Of a DNA stretch of 51,736 nt, positions 1 through 9,160 are shown piece after piece. Source of the DNA: a virus (taxonomy: Duplodnaviria > Heunggongvirae > Uroviricota > Caudoviricetes); the IMG/VR virus record IMGVR_UViG_2737471852_000002, positions 1 to 51,736 of that record. One strand, 5' to 3'. A program made the translations under genes and the position numbers. Positions within the stretch are counted from its first letter, which is position 1. Every line of letters begins with the position of its first letter. Under the pieces are notes generated by a model. It searched no databases. It was not told where the DNA came from and saw only the letters and a list, made by a program, of their open reading frames with translations.

Positions 1-789
1 TCAATATCTCTTATTAGGGTTTATTGAGTACTTTTTAAGCTTTGAAGCTACCCGACCAGCGTTACTGTTAGCATTGGTGACGTTGGTTTTTTCAGCTTCT
101 GTTAAGTCTGAATAATCCAGCTTCCAAGCCTTATTACATTTAATCTGAGCATCGAGAATATCATTTCTGATAGCTGGAGCGTAACCGGATACATCGCTAA
201 TATTCATTAATTCTTTGCACGATAGCATAGGCGCGTTATTGCGTTCAGTGGTCACGTTACCTGCATTCTTCTTACTGGTCACACCACCATCATTTGTGGT
301 AGCCGTTTTGCCAGTGGCTGCTGAAATATCAGTTTGCCCTACAATAACCTTAAAGTTGATTTCCTGAAAAGTTAGCTGGATTCTTAAGCCGTTTGAAATA
401 CCAACATCTTTAGAGGCTTTAAAACTAGTAATAATGGAATCGTCAATCTTAATCCCGTCTTTACAAATTACCGAAATAATCTGCTTCTGGTCACGCCAGT
501 TTTCAAGGGTGTCGATGAAGTTTTCTACTAATTGACCCTGACGAGTTAGTAATAAACTTCCTTCATAACCAACTACAACGACACCACTAATAGTGATTGT
601 TCTGGGTGCTCTTTGAACATTATCTGTGACGGTTTGCCCTGATTGCATGTTCTGTGTAGTTACCTGCATAGGACTATCAAATTCCATGTTTTCAGTTGCT
701 GATAAGGTTAAGAAGGCATCTACATTATCTCTTAAGTGGAAATAGATGCCATCTTTGCCACTGTAACGAATCTGATTAGAGTAAATCAT
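1..789 (-). CDS. phage tail-associated protein (possible distal tail protein) of the AT-rich module
   Basis: 262-aa ORF immediately downstream of the tape-measure-like gene on the same strand; AAGGAG 6 nt upstream of ATG at 789; no catalytic motif recognised. Confidence 0.4.
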   Translation of the reverse strand: MIYSNQIRYSGKDGIYFHLRDNVDAFLTLSATENMEFDSPMQVTTQNMQSGQTVTDNVQRAPRTITISGVVVVGYEGSLLLTRQGQLVENFIDTLENWRDQKQIISVICKDGIKIDDSIITSFKASKDVGISNGLRIQLTFQEINFKVIVGQTDISAATGKTATTNDGGVTSKKNAGNVTTERNNAPMLSCKELMNISDVSGYAPAIRNDILDAQIKCNKAWKLDYSDLTEAEKTNVTNANSNAGRVASKLKKYSINPNKRY

Positions 790-864
790 TAAATTCTCCT
801 TTGATTTCAAAGGCTTAGTGTATTTTAATCATTTTTAACCAAGCCTTTGATATATAAGTATTTT

Positions 865-904
865 CTCTGTTAAGCGTGAGCTACGTAAAAAATAATTTTT
901 GGTG
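865..904. repeat. 40-bp perfect direct repeat, copy 1 (second copy at 3138-3177)
   Basis: ctctgttaagcgtgagctacgtaaaaaataatttttggtg is identical at both positions; both copies are followed by ttcacgtag about 20 bp later. Confidence 0.85.
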
Positions 905-945
905 TGGGTATTAACTTTGCTTTATTCACGTAGAACACCGTTAAA

Positions 946-3123
946 TCAATCATCTTCTGGGAATGATGAACTTAATAGCGTAGCTTCTGCATATTGGTCG
1001 TAGATATTACTGCTAAAGGTCATAAAGCTGGTTTCATCTGGTTTAATGGCAACTTCACCACCAAGTGAAACTTTCACAGGCTCCTGAATACGTTTGCTCA
1101 AAGCACTAATTTCATCTCTCAGACTCTGAATATCTGCGCTGGTTAATGCTGAATCTTGCTTAATGTTGTTTAACTCTGGATGATTGAATCTTGCAATATT
1201 CATTGTGGCATTGTTAAACAATTCACCCATTGAACTAAAAATTTTATTCCATCCTTCGTTAATCATATTCGGTTTATTAGGGTCACCAGAATACACAGGA
1301 TTAAAGTCACTACCCACACCTACCCCAGATGGATGCATATTAGCGTTTTTGACTACTTCCTGATTCATAAAATCCAGTGCTTTCTTCAATGCATATAAAC
1401 CAAGAGTGACGCCTCTGATTTGTGGAATCATTGAAGCTAATGCTAACGCTGTTTCATAACCGTCATCAGCATAACCGATTGCAAGAGCACTACCTACACC
1501 ACCAGCTACACCTTTCAGTTTTCCACCACCTTTACCAGTAGCTACCTGACCAGCCACCTGATTAGCTCTTGTACCTAACGTTGTGATTGCTCTTGTCAGG
1601 TTCATAACCCCTGTAGTAGCACTGAATAGTGTCTTTGCAGATAACGCTATAGCAAGACCTTTGACAAAATTGATAAAACCATCACCGACTTCATCAAGTA
1701 GTTTTCGTTTAGTGTCATCAAGGCTGTAATAGAGCTGCTTAACCTGTAAAATCCAGCCTTCAATGTGATTGTTAAAGATACGGATGTCATCTACACCAGC
1801 TTTAAGCATGTCGATAAGTCCACCGATAGCATCACCAGCGATAGAAGAACTCATCCCCATTTCACTAAGCAGGTTACTCAGGCTGGATAAGAAGCCGTTT
1901 AGCTCATCCTGTGAACCTGAGAAGATTTTCACCATCGTGTCATCCCAGTTGTTTGCTAACTTACCTAAAGCTGTCTGGGTGCTCTTAGCGACTTCAGCCC
2001 AGCCACCCGCTTTATCAATCATCAAGCCCATCTGTTTAGCGACTTTAGGAAGAGTATCAGCGGAAAGAATCTTCCCGTCTTTCATCGCTTTATCAAGCTC
2101 TGTAGCAGTCATACCCAATGCTTCAGCGAACAGCTTAAATGCACCAGCCATACGGTCACCTAGCTGACCACGTAATTCCTCAGCCTGAATCTTGCCCTTA
2201 GAAGCCATCTGCTCAAAAGCTTTCAAAATGCCGTTTAGCTCGTCGTTAGAAAGCCCCATTAAGCGACTCATAGCCGTTGCATTACCAAATAGCTCCTGTG
2301 TCTGTTCCTGTGACATAGAACCCTGAGCACCTGCTGCAAACTTAGCGTAGCTTGATAGTCCTTCAGAGATATTAAGACCTGTCTTGTCTGCTAGATTTCG
2401 AATAAATACCTCAGCCTCAGAGGCTTTATCACCAAGTACAAACTTAGCGGCTCTCTGTGCGGAATCTCGTTTAAGACCTGCATTCATAATGGCCTTGTAA
2501 GCGTTAAGAGCACCCATCACAGAGTAAAATGCACCAGATAACTTAATTGCATTGCTTGCAAGATTATTAAATGCGTCGCTTGTATTACTAATGCTGGTGG
2601 ATGTATGACCTCTGGCTTTAGCAATTGCTTCTCGGACTGAAGAATTTAACTGAGCCAACTTCTCATTGAATTTTGAATTATCCATCTGACCAGCTTTAGC
2701 AGATAGCCCGTAAAACTGAGATTTGATGTATTTCTGCAAAATAGGGTCAAAGCCTTTTAGCTTGCTCATATTCGCTGAGTAAGCTGCTGTGATTGCTCTG
2801 TTTCCGCTAATTCGTGGCTGTCTTGGTTGTTTTGGAGGATTAACAGTGTCATTAAATCTGGTGGCAAACTGAAATGCTCTTGTGTTTCTTGCTCTCTGTT
2901 CAATCTTGTCAAAGGTCTTATTAAACTTCCTTTCAAGTTGCCCTAAAGAACTTGTCAGATTACTGTCAAGTTGCTTGGTATCGACCTTAAACGCTCTATT
3001 CAAATTACGTTCAATTCTTTGTGCTGACTGCAAAGCTGCCTTTTCAACTCTTTGCAAGCCCTTAATAACGCTCTCGCTGAAGCCTAGCTCAACGATAAAA
3101 CTATCAACTTTAAATTGTGCCAT
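946..3123 (-). CDS. tail tape measure-like protein (AT-rich module)
   Basis: 725-aa ORF, long helical and coiled-coil-like N-terminal half, glycine-rich hydrophobic segments (GKGGGKLKGVAGGVGSALAIGY), followed by a tail-protein-like gene; GAGGTG RBS before ATG at 3123. Confidence 0.55.
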   Translation of the reverse strand: MAQFKVDSFIVELGFSESVIKGLQRVEKAALQSAQRIERNLNRAFKVDTKQLDSNLTSSLGQLERKFNKTFDKIEQRARNTRAFQFATRFNDTVNPPKQPRQPRISGNRAITAAYSANMSKLKGFDPILQKYIKSQFYGLSAKAGQMDNSKFNEKLAQLNSSVREAIAKARGHTSTSISNTSDAFNNLASNAIKLSGAFYSVMGALNAYKAIMNAGLKRDSAQRAAKFVLGDKASEAEVFIRNLADKTGLNISEGLSSYAKFAAGAQGSMSQEQTQELFGNATAMSRLMGLSNDELNGILKAFEQMASKGKIQAEELRGQLGDRMAGAFKLFAEALGMTATELDKAMKDGKILSADTLPKVAKQMGLMIDKAGGWAEVAKSTQTALGKLANNWDDTMVKIFSGSQDELNGFLSSLSNLLSEMGMSSSIAGDAIGGLIDMLKAGVDDIRIFNNHIEGWILQVKQLYYSLDDTKRKLLDEVGDGFINFVKGLAIALSAKTLFSATTGVMNLTRAITTLGTRANQVAGQVATGKGGGKLKGVAGGVGSALAIGYADDGYETALALASMIPQIRGVTLGLYALKKALDFMNQEVVKNANMHPSGVGVGSDFNPVYSGDPNKPNMINEGWNKIFSSMGELFNNATMNIARFNHPELNNIKQDSALTSADIQSLRDEISALSKRIQEPVKVSLGGEVAIKPDETSFMTFSSNIYDQYAEATLLSSSFPEDD

Positions 3124-3137
3124 TGTTCATATTTCAC

Positions 3138-3177
3138 CTCTGTTAAGCGTGAGCTACGTAAAAAATAATTTTTGGTG
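3138..3177. repeat. 40-bp perfect direct repeat, copy 2
   Basis: identical to 865-904; lies 15 bp upstream of the tape-measure-like gene start. Confidence 0.85.
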
Positions 3178-3330
3178 GGTATATCTGTTCAGAAGATTTC
3201 ACGTAGCACATAGGATTCGATAGAAGACTATCTCATATACAAAAAAGGGAGAAACTACCGAATAATATCGATAATCTCTCCCCGTGTTATAGATTCGATA
3301 GAACCTATCTCATACACCCAACCAATTCTT

Positions 3331-3546
3331 TTAATGCATGACAAGATAATGTAGTTCCGTTTCACCTATGATTTGAGCATCAGAAGGAATACGGTCGATA
3401 CACCATTTTGGAATCTTGCGTGTTTTTGGTTTGCGTGAGGTGATAATTTGATGTTTGGTTTTAATTCTTAAGGCTGGCTTAGTTTGTAACTTTAAGTTTT
3501 CACAAACAGACTTAATAGTTTCATAGCGTTCTGTTAAATCAATCAT
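3331..3546 (-). CDS. hypothetical basic small protein
   Basis: 71-aa ORF, lysine/arginine-rich; no family recognised. Confidence 0.25.
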   Translation of the reverse strand: MIDLTERYETIKSVCENLKLQTKPALRIKTKHQIITSRKPKTRKIPKWCIDRIPSDAQIIGETELHYLVMH

Positions 3547-3569
3547 TAATCACCTCACATATTGCATAA

Positions 3570-4274
3570 TCAAACAGCCTTGCTAAATTCTCGTGGAACA
3601 CTCAGAAAATCATTGAAGCTGATAATCTGTGCCAACTCTTGACGGTACTCCTTAGCCAGCGCTTGATGGTCACTAATCAGCTTAGCCAGTCTTGATTTCA
3701 GTAAATTAATCTCATTTTCTCTTGCTTTCATCAGTTTCTCTTTGGCAATTTCTTCAAGCTCAGCTTGTGATTTATCAGCAACAATTAGAGACAGTCGATG
3801 TGGCGCTCTAATGGCTCTTTCTGTACGAACAACTCTTTGACCTTCTGGTAAATCTGCAATCACTTTACCAATCTCTACAGGGTCATACCCCCAACCGTCA
3901 CGGTCTAGTCGAGAGAAATAAGCATAAGGATTGGTTTGAAGCTCCATCAAAATAGCCATTTCGTCAATTTCGTCTTCAAGCTTGGACTGAATTTTCTCGT
4001 AAACACTTCTCATTGCTTCTTGAGAGTCTTTAATAGCTTGGAAATATCGGCGTTGTAGCTTCAACTTCAAATCAAGTTCACACCGTTCGTTCATAGAAAA
4101 ATCAATTTCAACTCTTGGAATCTCGAGTGGTTCTGGTGGAATATATGGACCTTTATTTACTTCGTGTGATTCCCGCCAAGCTCTATCAAAAGATTCACGC
4201 AAACTTAATTCGTGAATATCAAGTGCACTTGGTCGGCTTTCAATAATCATTTCATTTTCATCACGGATAGCCAT
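3570..4274 (-). CDS. hypothetical protein
   Basis: 234-aa ORF in the AT-rich module; charged and helical; no family recognised. Confidence 0.35.
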   Translation of the reverse strand: MAIRDENEMIIESRPSALDIHELSLRESFDRAWRESHEVNKGPYIPPEPLEIPRVEIDFSMNERCELDLKLKLQRRYFQAIKDSQEAMRSVYEKIQSKLEDEIDEMAILMELQTNPYAYFSRLDRDGWGYDPVEIGKVIADLPEGQRVVRTERAIRAPHRLSLIVADKSQAELEEIAKEKLMKARENEINLLKSRLAKLISDHQALAKEYRQELAQIISFNDFLSVPREFSKAV

Positions 4275-4762
4275 TAATACCTTTCCTCTTCTAAGATAAT
4301 TTATGTTTCAGTTTTTAAAAAGCACACCTGACATCCTCGAACTTAGAAGAGGCTTAAAAGGCGTTTGCCAAGTATGCTTTTTAAAAACTGAATAGCCCTA
4401 GATAATTTCTTATAAAGGGCCATTCATAAGGTGAAGAAATTAAAACATCTAAAGGATTCAAACGAATGAACAAAGACTTTTCGAGATGACCTCTCAGGTT
4501 GTATAAGAGGCCATGTAGCGAAAAGCATTGCACCTTTCAGAATGTTCGGTATAGAACATACCTCACCAACTCAGAATATCCATCCATCGGATTATTGAAA
4601 GAAATAAGAGAGAAATTCTCTCTATAATTAAAATTATGTCATGCTTAAGGTTATTTGTCAACAGCTTTTTAACAGATTGGTAACATTAATTCTTATTTAC
4701 CGTATTACCTACCCAGCAACCAACAAATAGCCCTAGCAACGTCCAAGCAATTATTAAACCCA

Positions 4763-5086
4763 TTAGTGAATCCTCACAGAATCCGTCACCAGAATATTGT
4801 CAGCGTACAGGATTGTCACAGCACCTTTCAAAAATTGCTCTGGGGAAATACTGTATTTATTCGTTTGCTCGATAACCAATCTTTTCATGCTGCTGTCTGC
4901 AATTGGTAGCATCATTCGAGGCTCGTTAAACTCCACCGACTGAATAAAGTCAGAGATGTTTTCTGCATTATCGGCCATCAGCTTTAACAGCCTGTCAAAA
5001 TCAATTGTCACACCTGCATCAGTGAAGCTTTGCACCATCATAGCGGTGTCGCTATCAACGAAAATCTGTAGCGGGAAGTTGTTCAT
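4763..5086 (-). CDS. hypothetical protein
   Basis: 107-aa ORF; no family recognised. Confidence 0.35.
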   Translation of the reverse strand: MNNFPLQIFVDSDTAMMVQSFTDAGVTIDFDRLLKLMADNAENISDFIQSVEFNEPRMMLPIADSSMKRLVIEQTNKYSISPEQFLKGAVTILYADNILVTDSVRIH

Positions 5087-5108
5087 TTCTTAAAATCTCC
5101 TTTTTACC

Positions 5109-5240
5109 AGACCTCCTCAATCGCTCTGTAACGAGCTAAACAGTCTTTTTCAGGGGTAGCCTGTACAGTGGTATTACCCACCCTAAAATAAGATAGTTTT
5201 TTGCGTTAGAATGCGATTGAGAGCGTCTGAGAAGCTGTTT
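5109..5240 (+). repeat. about 120-nt repeated element, copy B1 (paralogue at 6796-6905)
   Basis: shared 5' block agacctcYtcaatcgctctgtaacgagYtaaa and 3' block ttgYgtYagaatgcgRttgagRgcgtct; ctcaatcgc / gcgattgag can pair as a long-range stem. Confidence 0.5.
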
Positions 5241-5242
5241 TT

Positions 5243-5530
5243 CTAATTTCTCTTAAAGTCTCGGACTTGCATAAGATTTTTTGGTCTGGTATCGGCTCTG
5301 TTACCATTTCGATGGATAATTTGCTTATTGGATTGATAGCCATGATAAAGGAACCAGACAACATATTTCACATAGAATGTGTATCGACCTATATTAAATG
5401 TTTTGTTGCCGTAGTCGTCGGTATTTATCGTGACTGACCCCCCATCAGACCAGCACAGGGAATCACTGGATTCATCATAGATAAGGTGTTCTGCAAAATA
5501 TCTTCTAACATCTTCATGCCAAGGTTTCAT
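5243..5530 (-). CDS. HNH endonuclease (small HNH_3-type)
   Basis: 95-aa ORF with GYxxN...IHRNGNRADTRPKNL resembling the H-N-G ... DNR ... NL core of phage HNH nucleases; last gene of a 4-gene overlapping operon. Confidence 0.5.
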   Translation of the reverse strand: MKPWHEDVRRYFAEHLIYDESSDSLCWSDGGSVTINTDDYGNKTFNIGRYTFYVKYVVWFLYHGYQSNKQIIHRNGNRADTRPKNLMQVRDFKRN

Positions 5531-5742
5531 AAAACCTCCTCACCCCAATAACCTAATTCAATCTTATGACGTTCAAACCATTCCGGTTTAACTGCTGTTT
5601 TCAGTGTTTCATTTGGGCCAATGGCTTTAATGAAAATATCTTTTGAGTTATGGATGTCACCGAATCCGTTTCCTTTAATCAGGAGGTCGGAGATGTAGCG
5701 AATCATTTTATCTGTGTGGTATTCAAAGGTAACGCATAGCAT
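5527..5742 (-). CDS. hypothetical protein, translationally coupled to the HNH gene
   Basis: 71-aa ORF; its stop overlaps the HNH start by 4 nt. Confidence 0.35.
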   Translation of the reverse strand: MLCVTFEYHTDKMIRYISDLLIKGNGFGDIHNSKDIFIKAIGPNETLKTAVKPEWFERHKIELGYWGEEVL

Positions 5743-6020
5743 CAGACCTCCAGAGACAGTTTGCGAATCTTGATGCTCAATAGACGGGCAATATCAATTT
5801 TAAAGCTGTTAAGTGCCTTCAAAGTATCTAAAGCGTCCGTAGTAATTCGGATGTGCTTACGACCTTTAGAGACTGGATATTTAAGTAAATCCGACTCAGT
5901 GACTTCTTTAGCGATTGCAAGTTGCATAACAGTTTGATGAGGCAAGTTAGTCGCTCGTTTAATTCTGGTAAGCTCGTTAAAAGCTTCCTCTGAAATACGG
6001 GTTAATGTGTGTTTATTCAT
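5742..6020 (-). CDS. hypothetical protein (possible small DNA-binding protein)
   Basis: 92-aa ORF abutting both neighbours; basic and helical. Confidence 0.35.
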   Translation of the reverse strand: MNKHTLTRISEEAFNELTRIKRATNLPHQTVMQLAIAKEVTESDLLKYPVSKGRKHIRITTDALDTLKALNSFKIDIARLLSIKIRKLSLEV

Positions 6021-6021
6021 T

Positions 6022-6579
6022 TTAAAATTCCTCTGTAACTAAATACGGGTCAAACTCGAAATCTGGTTGCTCGTTTTCCATTGGCTCAATATTCCCAACG
6101 GCAACATGATGTTCAACAATACCAATTAGCTTTGCACACATTACAGCAAGCAATGCACAATATTTATCGCTTGGTAATTCATAACTAAGTCTGGTTGCTT
6201 GTCGCTGAAGATAATTTGTCACGGTAGCTGAGTTAATTTCATCAAGATTCTTTAGAATATAAAATAGCTTTCTGTTGTATTTTGGGTGACCTTCGCTTCT
6301 GCAAAATCCGATAATTACATCTTCAAACTTGCGTGATAATTGCTCGTAAGAATCAACGTTAGCCAAATAATTTTTGATGCTGTTCTGGGTGCTCTTTCTG
6401 GTTGACATATAACGACTCCTCGGTGTAATTGCCCGAATTACTTCGTCAATGCCTTTGCGTTCTGCTCTGGTGAACTTGGGTACTTCGTGGCTGGTGGGGT
6501 TGTTTGTGTAAGCGTAGGAGTTGTGCTTGTTGCGTTCTCTCGATGCCTGAAGCATCGCTCTAAATTCTCTGTCGTTCAT
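6022..6579 (-). CDS. hypothetical protein, first gene of the 4-gene operon
   Basis: 185-aa ORF; the 6022/6020 junction and tight packing indicate co-transcription. Confidence 0.4.
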   Translation of the reverse strand: MNDREFRAMLQASRERNKHNSYAYTNNPTSHEVPKFTRAERKGIDEVIRAITPRSRYMSTRKSTQNSIKNYLANVDSYEQLSRKFEDVIIGFCRSEGHPKYNRKLFYILKNLDEINSATVTNYLQRQATRLSYELPSDKYCALLAVMCAKLIGIVEHHVAVGNIEPMENEQPDFEFDPYLVTEEF

Positions 6580-6663
6580 TCATAAGCTAGTCCTTATAAT
6601 TGTTAATTCTCTGTTAACTTATATAGACAATACTAGCATTTTCAAAGACTAATGTCAAGCATT

Positions 6664-6696
6664 TTTTAACATTTCATTAACATCTGTGGTATAATG
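6664..6696 (+). promoter_or_regulatory. predicted sigma70 promoter with extended -10
   Basis: TTAACA, 18-bp spacer ending in TG, then TATAAT (tgtggtataatggg). Confidence 0.4.
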
Positions 6697-6795
6697 GGTT
6701 TATGGGGAGAGTAAAATATGAGGCGTGGCTATGAGGTTTATTCGATAAACCGAATCAACTATGAGAGTGGTCACATGGTTATTGCATTGCACACA

Positions 6796-6905
6796 GACCT
6801 CTTCAATCGCTCTGTAACGAGTTAAATGGCCTCTTCAGGTCAACTCATAAGGTCAGGTACTTTTTTGTGTCAGAATGCGGTTGAGGGCGTCTCACAAGGA
6901 AATTT
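6796..6905 (+). repeat. about 120-nt repeated element, copy B2
   Basis: paralogue of 5109-5240; the two changes within the candidate stem (gcggttgag vs gcgattgag) convert A-U pairs to G-U wobble pairs when read on the + strand. Confidence 0.5.
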
Positions 6906-6906
6906 A

Positions 6907-7083
6907 ATGGTAAATCTCCCTCCTGAACTGGGGTCACCTGATGTATGGGCTGGTGGAGGTATTGGACTTATTGCAGGTCTGCTACTTCGTTACGTCCTTG
7001 TCAGAGTGCTTGTTGTCTTTAAACTGTTCGGTCGTACATGGACGCTTGACCTTAAGGATAACGACCATACAGAACCCCGCTAA
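6907..7083 (+). CDS. possible small membrane protein
   Basis: 58-aa ORF with AAGGA RBS and a hydrophobic core (GGGIGLIAGLLLRYVLVRVLVVF), downstream of the promoter at 6664-6696 and element B2. Confidence 0.25.
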   Translation: MVNLPPELGSPDVWAGGGIGLIAGLLLRYVLVRVLVVFKLFGRTWTLDLKDNDHTEPR

Positions 7084-7200
7084 ACTCCCTTCAAAACCCC
7101 CTGTACGTGATGGTATAGGGGTATCTTTAGCATTTTGTGCTATCTATTAAAAAATAGCTTGACAGAACAGGAAAGCTGTATCTATCAAGCATTCACCTCT

Positions 7201-7385
7201 CTGACAGTAATTTCTAAAAGTTCTTATTTTTCAATAAGTTGTAATTAGCCATATATAGAGAACTGACAAGTCTCTTCACAGTTAACTCTGTAACCTTAAC
7301 AGTAACTTCTAAAAATACTTATTTTTCAATGAGTTGTAATCACCCAATATATAAGACTGTCCAGTACCTTCACAGATAACTTCAA
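7201..7385. repeat. imperfect tandem duplication of about 90 bp
   Basis: acagtaaYttctaaaaRtNcttatttttcaatRagttgtaat ... cttcacag occurs twice head to tail. Confidence 0.6.
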
Positions 7386-8472
7386 GCCTTCTTAGCTATC
7401 CACTAAGCGGGAGAAGAGCGACACCCAAGAAAGGGAAGCTCCCTTCTTAACCGACCTTCTTAACCAGCCCTTTACGTTATTCGTTCACAGTGTTGATAAG
7501 TGGTTTTGCCCTCTGTTTCTGTTATCATCGGGCTTACCTTATCAGGGCTTTGAAATGTCCCTGTAACTTCCCTCTTAACGGGAGAGAAAGAACATAGTGA
7601 CCCCAAGCGAAGCGCCCCTCTAAAAGATTTTTTAGCTATTTTGTTTAAAAACATATCAAACGATACATTTTATTGATTTAGGTCAAAGACAAAAGCATTG
7701 ACAAAATGGTATGATTGTTCACATAGCCCTCTCTTAACAGACTTTTTAAGAGCTTTTGAGAAGTTTGTTAAACAGACACTCTTTCTGGAGTGTTGTCTTT
7801 TACTTAAGAGGCTTGTTTAGGTAACTCTCAAGACATTTCTTAAGACTTCACTGTTAAGATAGAACCTACCTTCGGTTTCATGGTTCTCTTCCTCCCGTTA
7901 AACAGTTCTTCCTAGCAACTTCATAGTTCTCTGTCAAGTATCTTTGAAGATTCTATCAAAACCCTCTAAATCTGACCTGATATAGATGCTGTGAAGGCAT
8001 GTTCTCTAGGTCTGTGTAGCTCACTAAGCGAGAGAGGGGATATGGTGACCATAGGGGAACCCCTCCTACTTAAAAGAACTATTTGATATTATTGTGATGG
8101 TTGTTTAAGATGCAACTGTGCAGACACCTTAACGGTTTCTCTACACCCCTTATAGTCTGGCGAGGTAGGGTACGGCTAGGTAGGGTGTGGTTGGGTCTGG
8201 TATGGGTGGATTGTCGTAGCCACGTTAAAAATCGACTTGTAAAGGGACTCTTTCGGGAGTCCTTTTTAGTTTGTATAAAATCTGTACAGTAACTTTTCAG
8301 ATTCTGAAAATTTTTATAAAAAATAATCAGGCCTCTTCTAAGTCTCTTCAACCAAATCTTTCAAAAATATCACAAGACTATGTATACCTGCTAAGTACCC
8401 GTCACTACGCCTAAGTGGTCCCCTTTGCAAAAAAGCCAAATATCAGTCACATCCATGTAACTATTCAGTAAC

Positions 8473-9021
8473 TTATTTAGCAAGTCTGTAATAAGTTGCT
8501 CTAGAGATTCCTAACTCTTCCTGAATCTGCAACCTCGTTTTACCTTGTGAAATAAGCATCTTTACAGTCTCTGAAGAAGCTTTTACGGGTCTCCCCATGT
8601 GAACCCCTTCAGCTTTAGCACGTTCAATACCAGCCTTTCTACGTTCACTGATAAGGTCTTTTTCAAGGTCAGCTAAACCAGCCATCATAGTAAGCATTGC
8701 TCTACCGATTGGTGTTAATAAGTCGAAACCTTCACGCAAAGAAACAACTCTCACACCTTTAGACTGTAGTGACTCCACGTTAGAGAGCACATCAACGGTA
8801 TTACGCCCTAAACGGTCAATAGCTACCACAACTAACGTATCGTCACACCTTACATAGTTCATCATGTCTCTAAAACCATCTCTGCTGGTGGCCTTTGTAG
8901 TTCCTGAGACAGCCTCATCAATAAACCATTTATCGACCTTGTGAACCTTCTCTATCTGTAGTTTCTGGTTGTCTACAGTCTGGTCTTGTGTTGATACCCT
9001 GCAATAACCAATCACCGCCAT
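8473..9021 (-). CDS. small serine recombinase (resolvase/invertase family)
   Basis: 182 aa; N-terminal VIGYCRVSTQDQ with catalytic Ser context, C-terminal HTH (RLQIQEELGISRATYYRLAK). Confidence 0.85.
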   Translation of the reverse strand: MAVIGYCRVSTQDQTVDNQKLQIEKVHKVDKWFIDEAVSGTTKATSRDGFRDMMNYVRCDDTLVVVAIDRLGRNTVDVLSNVESLQSKGVRVVSLREGFDLLTPIGRAMLTMMAGLADLEKDLISERRKAGIERAKAEGVHMGRPVKASSETVKMLISQGKTRLQIQEELGISRATYYRLAK

Positions 9022-9032
9022 ACATCCCCCTT

Positions 9033-9160
9033 AGAAGTCTCAAAAGTTAGTCTCATAAGTTTAGCTGTCTCATAATCCAAAAACAACCTTTTGAGACTAC
9101 TTGAGGGTGCATTCTACCGTTACGTTGAAAGTGTCTCAAAAGGAAGTCCTTTTAAGACTG
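9033..9160. promoter_or_regulatory. cluster of direct and inverted GTCTCA(A/T)AAG motifs; candidate res/crossover site
   Basis: motif at about 9037, 9051, 9068, 9131 and inverted at about 9088 and 9149; 9133-9158 forms a 26-bp palindrome gtctcaaaag-gaagtc-cttttaagac; directly upstream of the recombinase gene. Confidence 0.4.

Noticed and set aside
1769-3223. ORFs on the + strand (1769-2167, 2882-3223) inside or overlapping the tape-measure-like gene
   Set aside because: Antisense to a long, well-supported ORF, Ser/Leu/Pro-rich low-complexity translation, no RBS; typical shadow ORFs.
6718-6825. Possible 35-aa peptide whose C-terminus (DLFNRSVTS) is encoded by the conserved 5' block of repeat element B2
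   Set aside because: The paralogous copy B1 conserves the same codons in frame but has no start codon in that frame, so the conservation is better explained at the nucleotide/RNA level than as a protein.
7400-8075. Possible CRISPR array suggested by recurring GC-rich hairpin units
   Set aside because: The units differ in sequence and spacing, there are no identical direct repeats with regular spacers, and no cas genes are nearby; they look like independent stem-loops.
8079-8351. Overlapping ORFs 8079-8351 (-) and 8101-8292 (+) in the ORF-poor region
   Set aside because: They overlap each other on opposite strands across the G-rich repeat, have no RBS and low-complexity translations; treated as non-coding.
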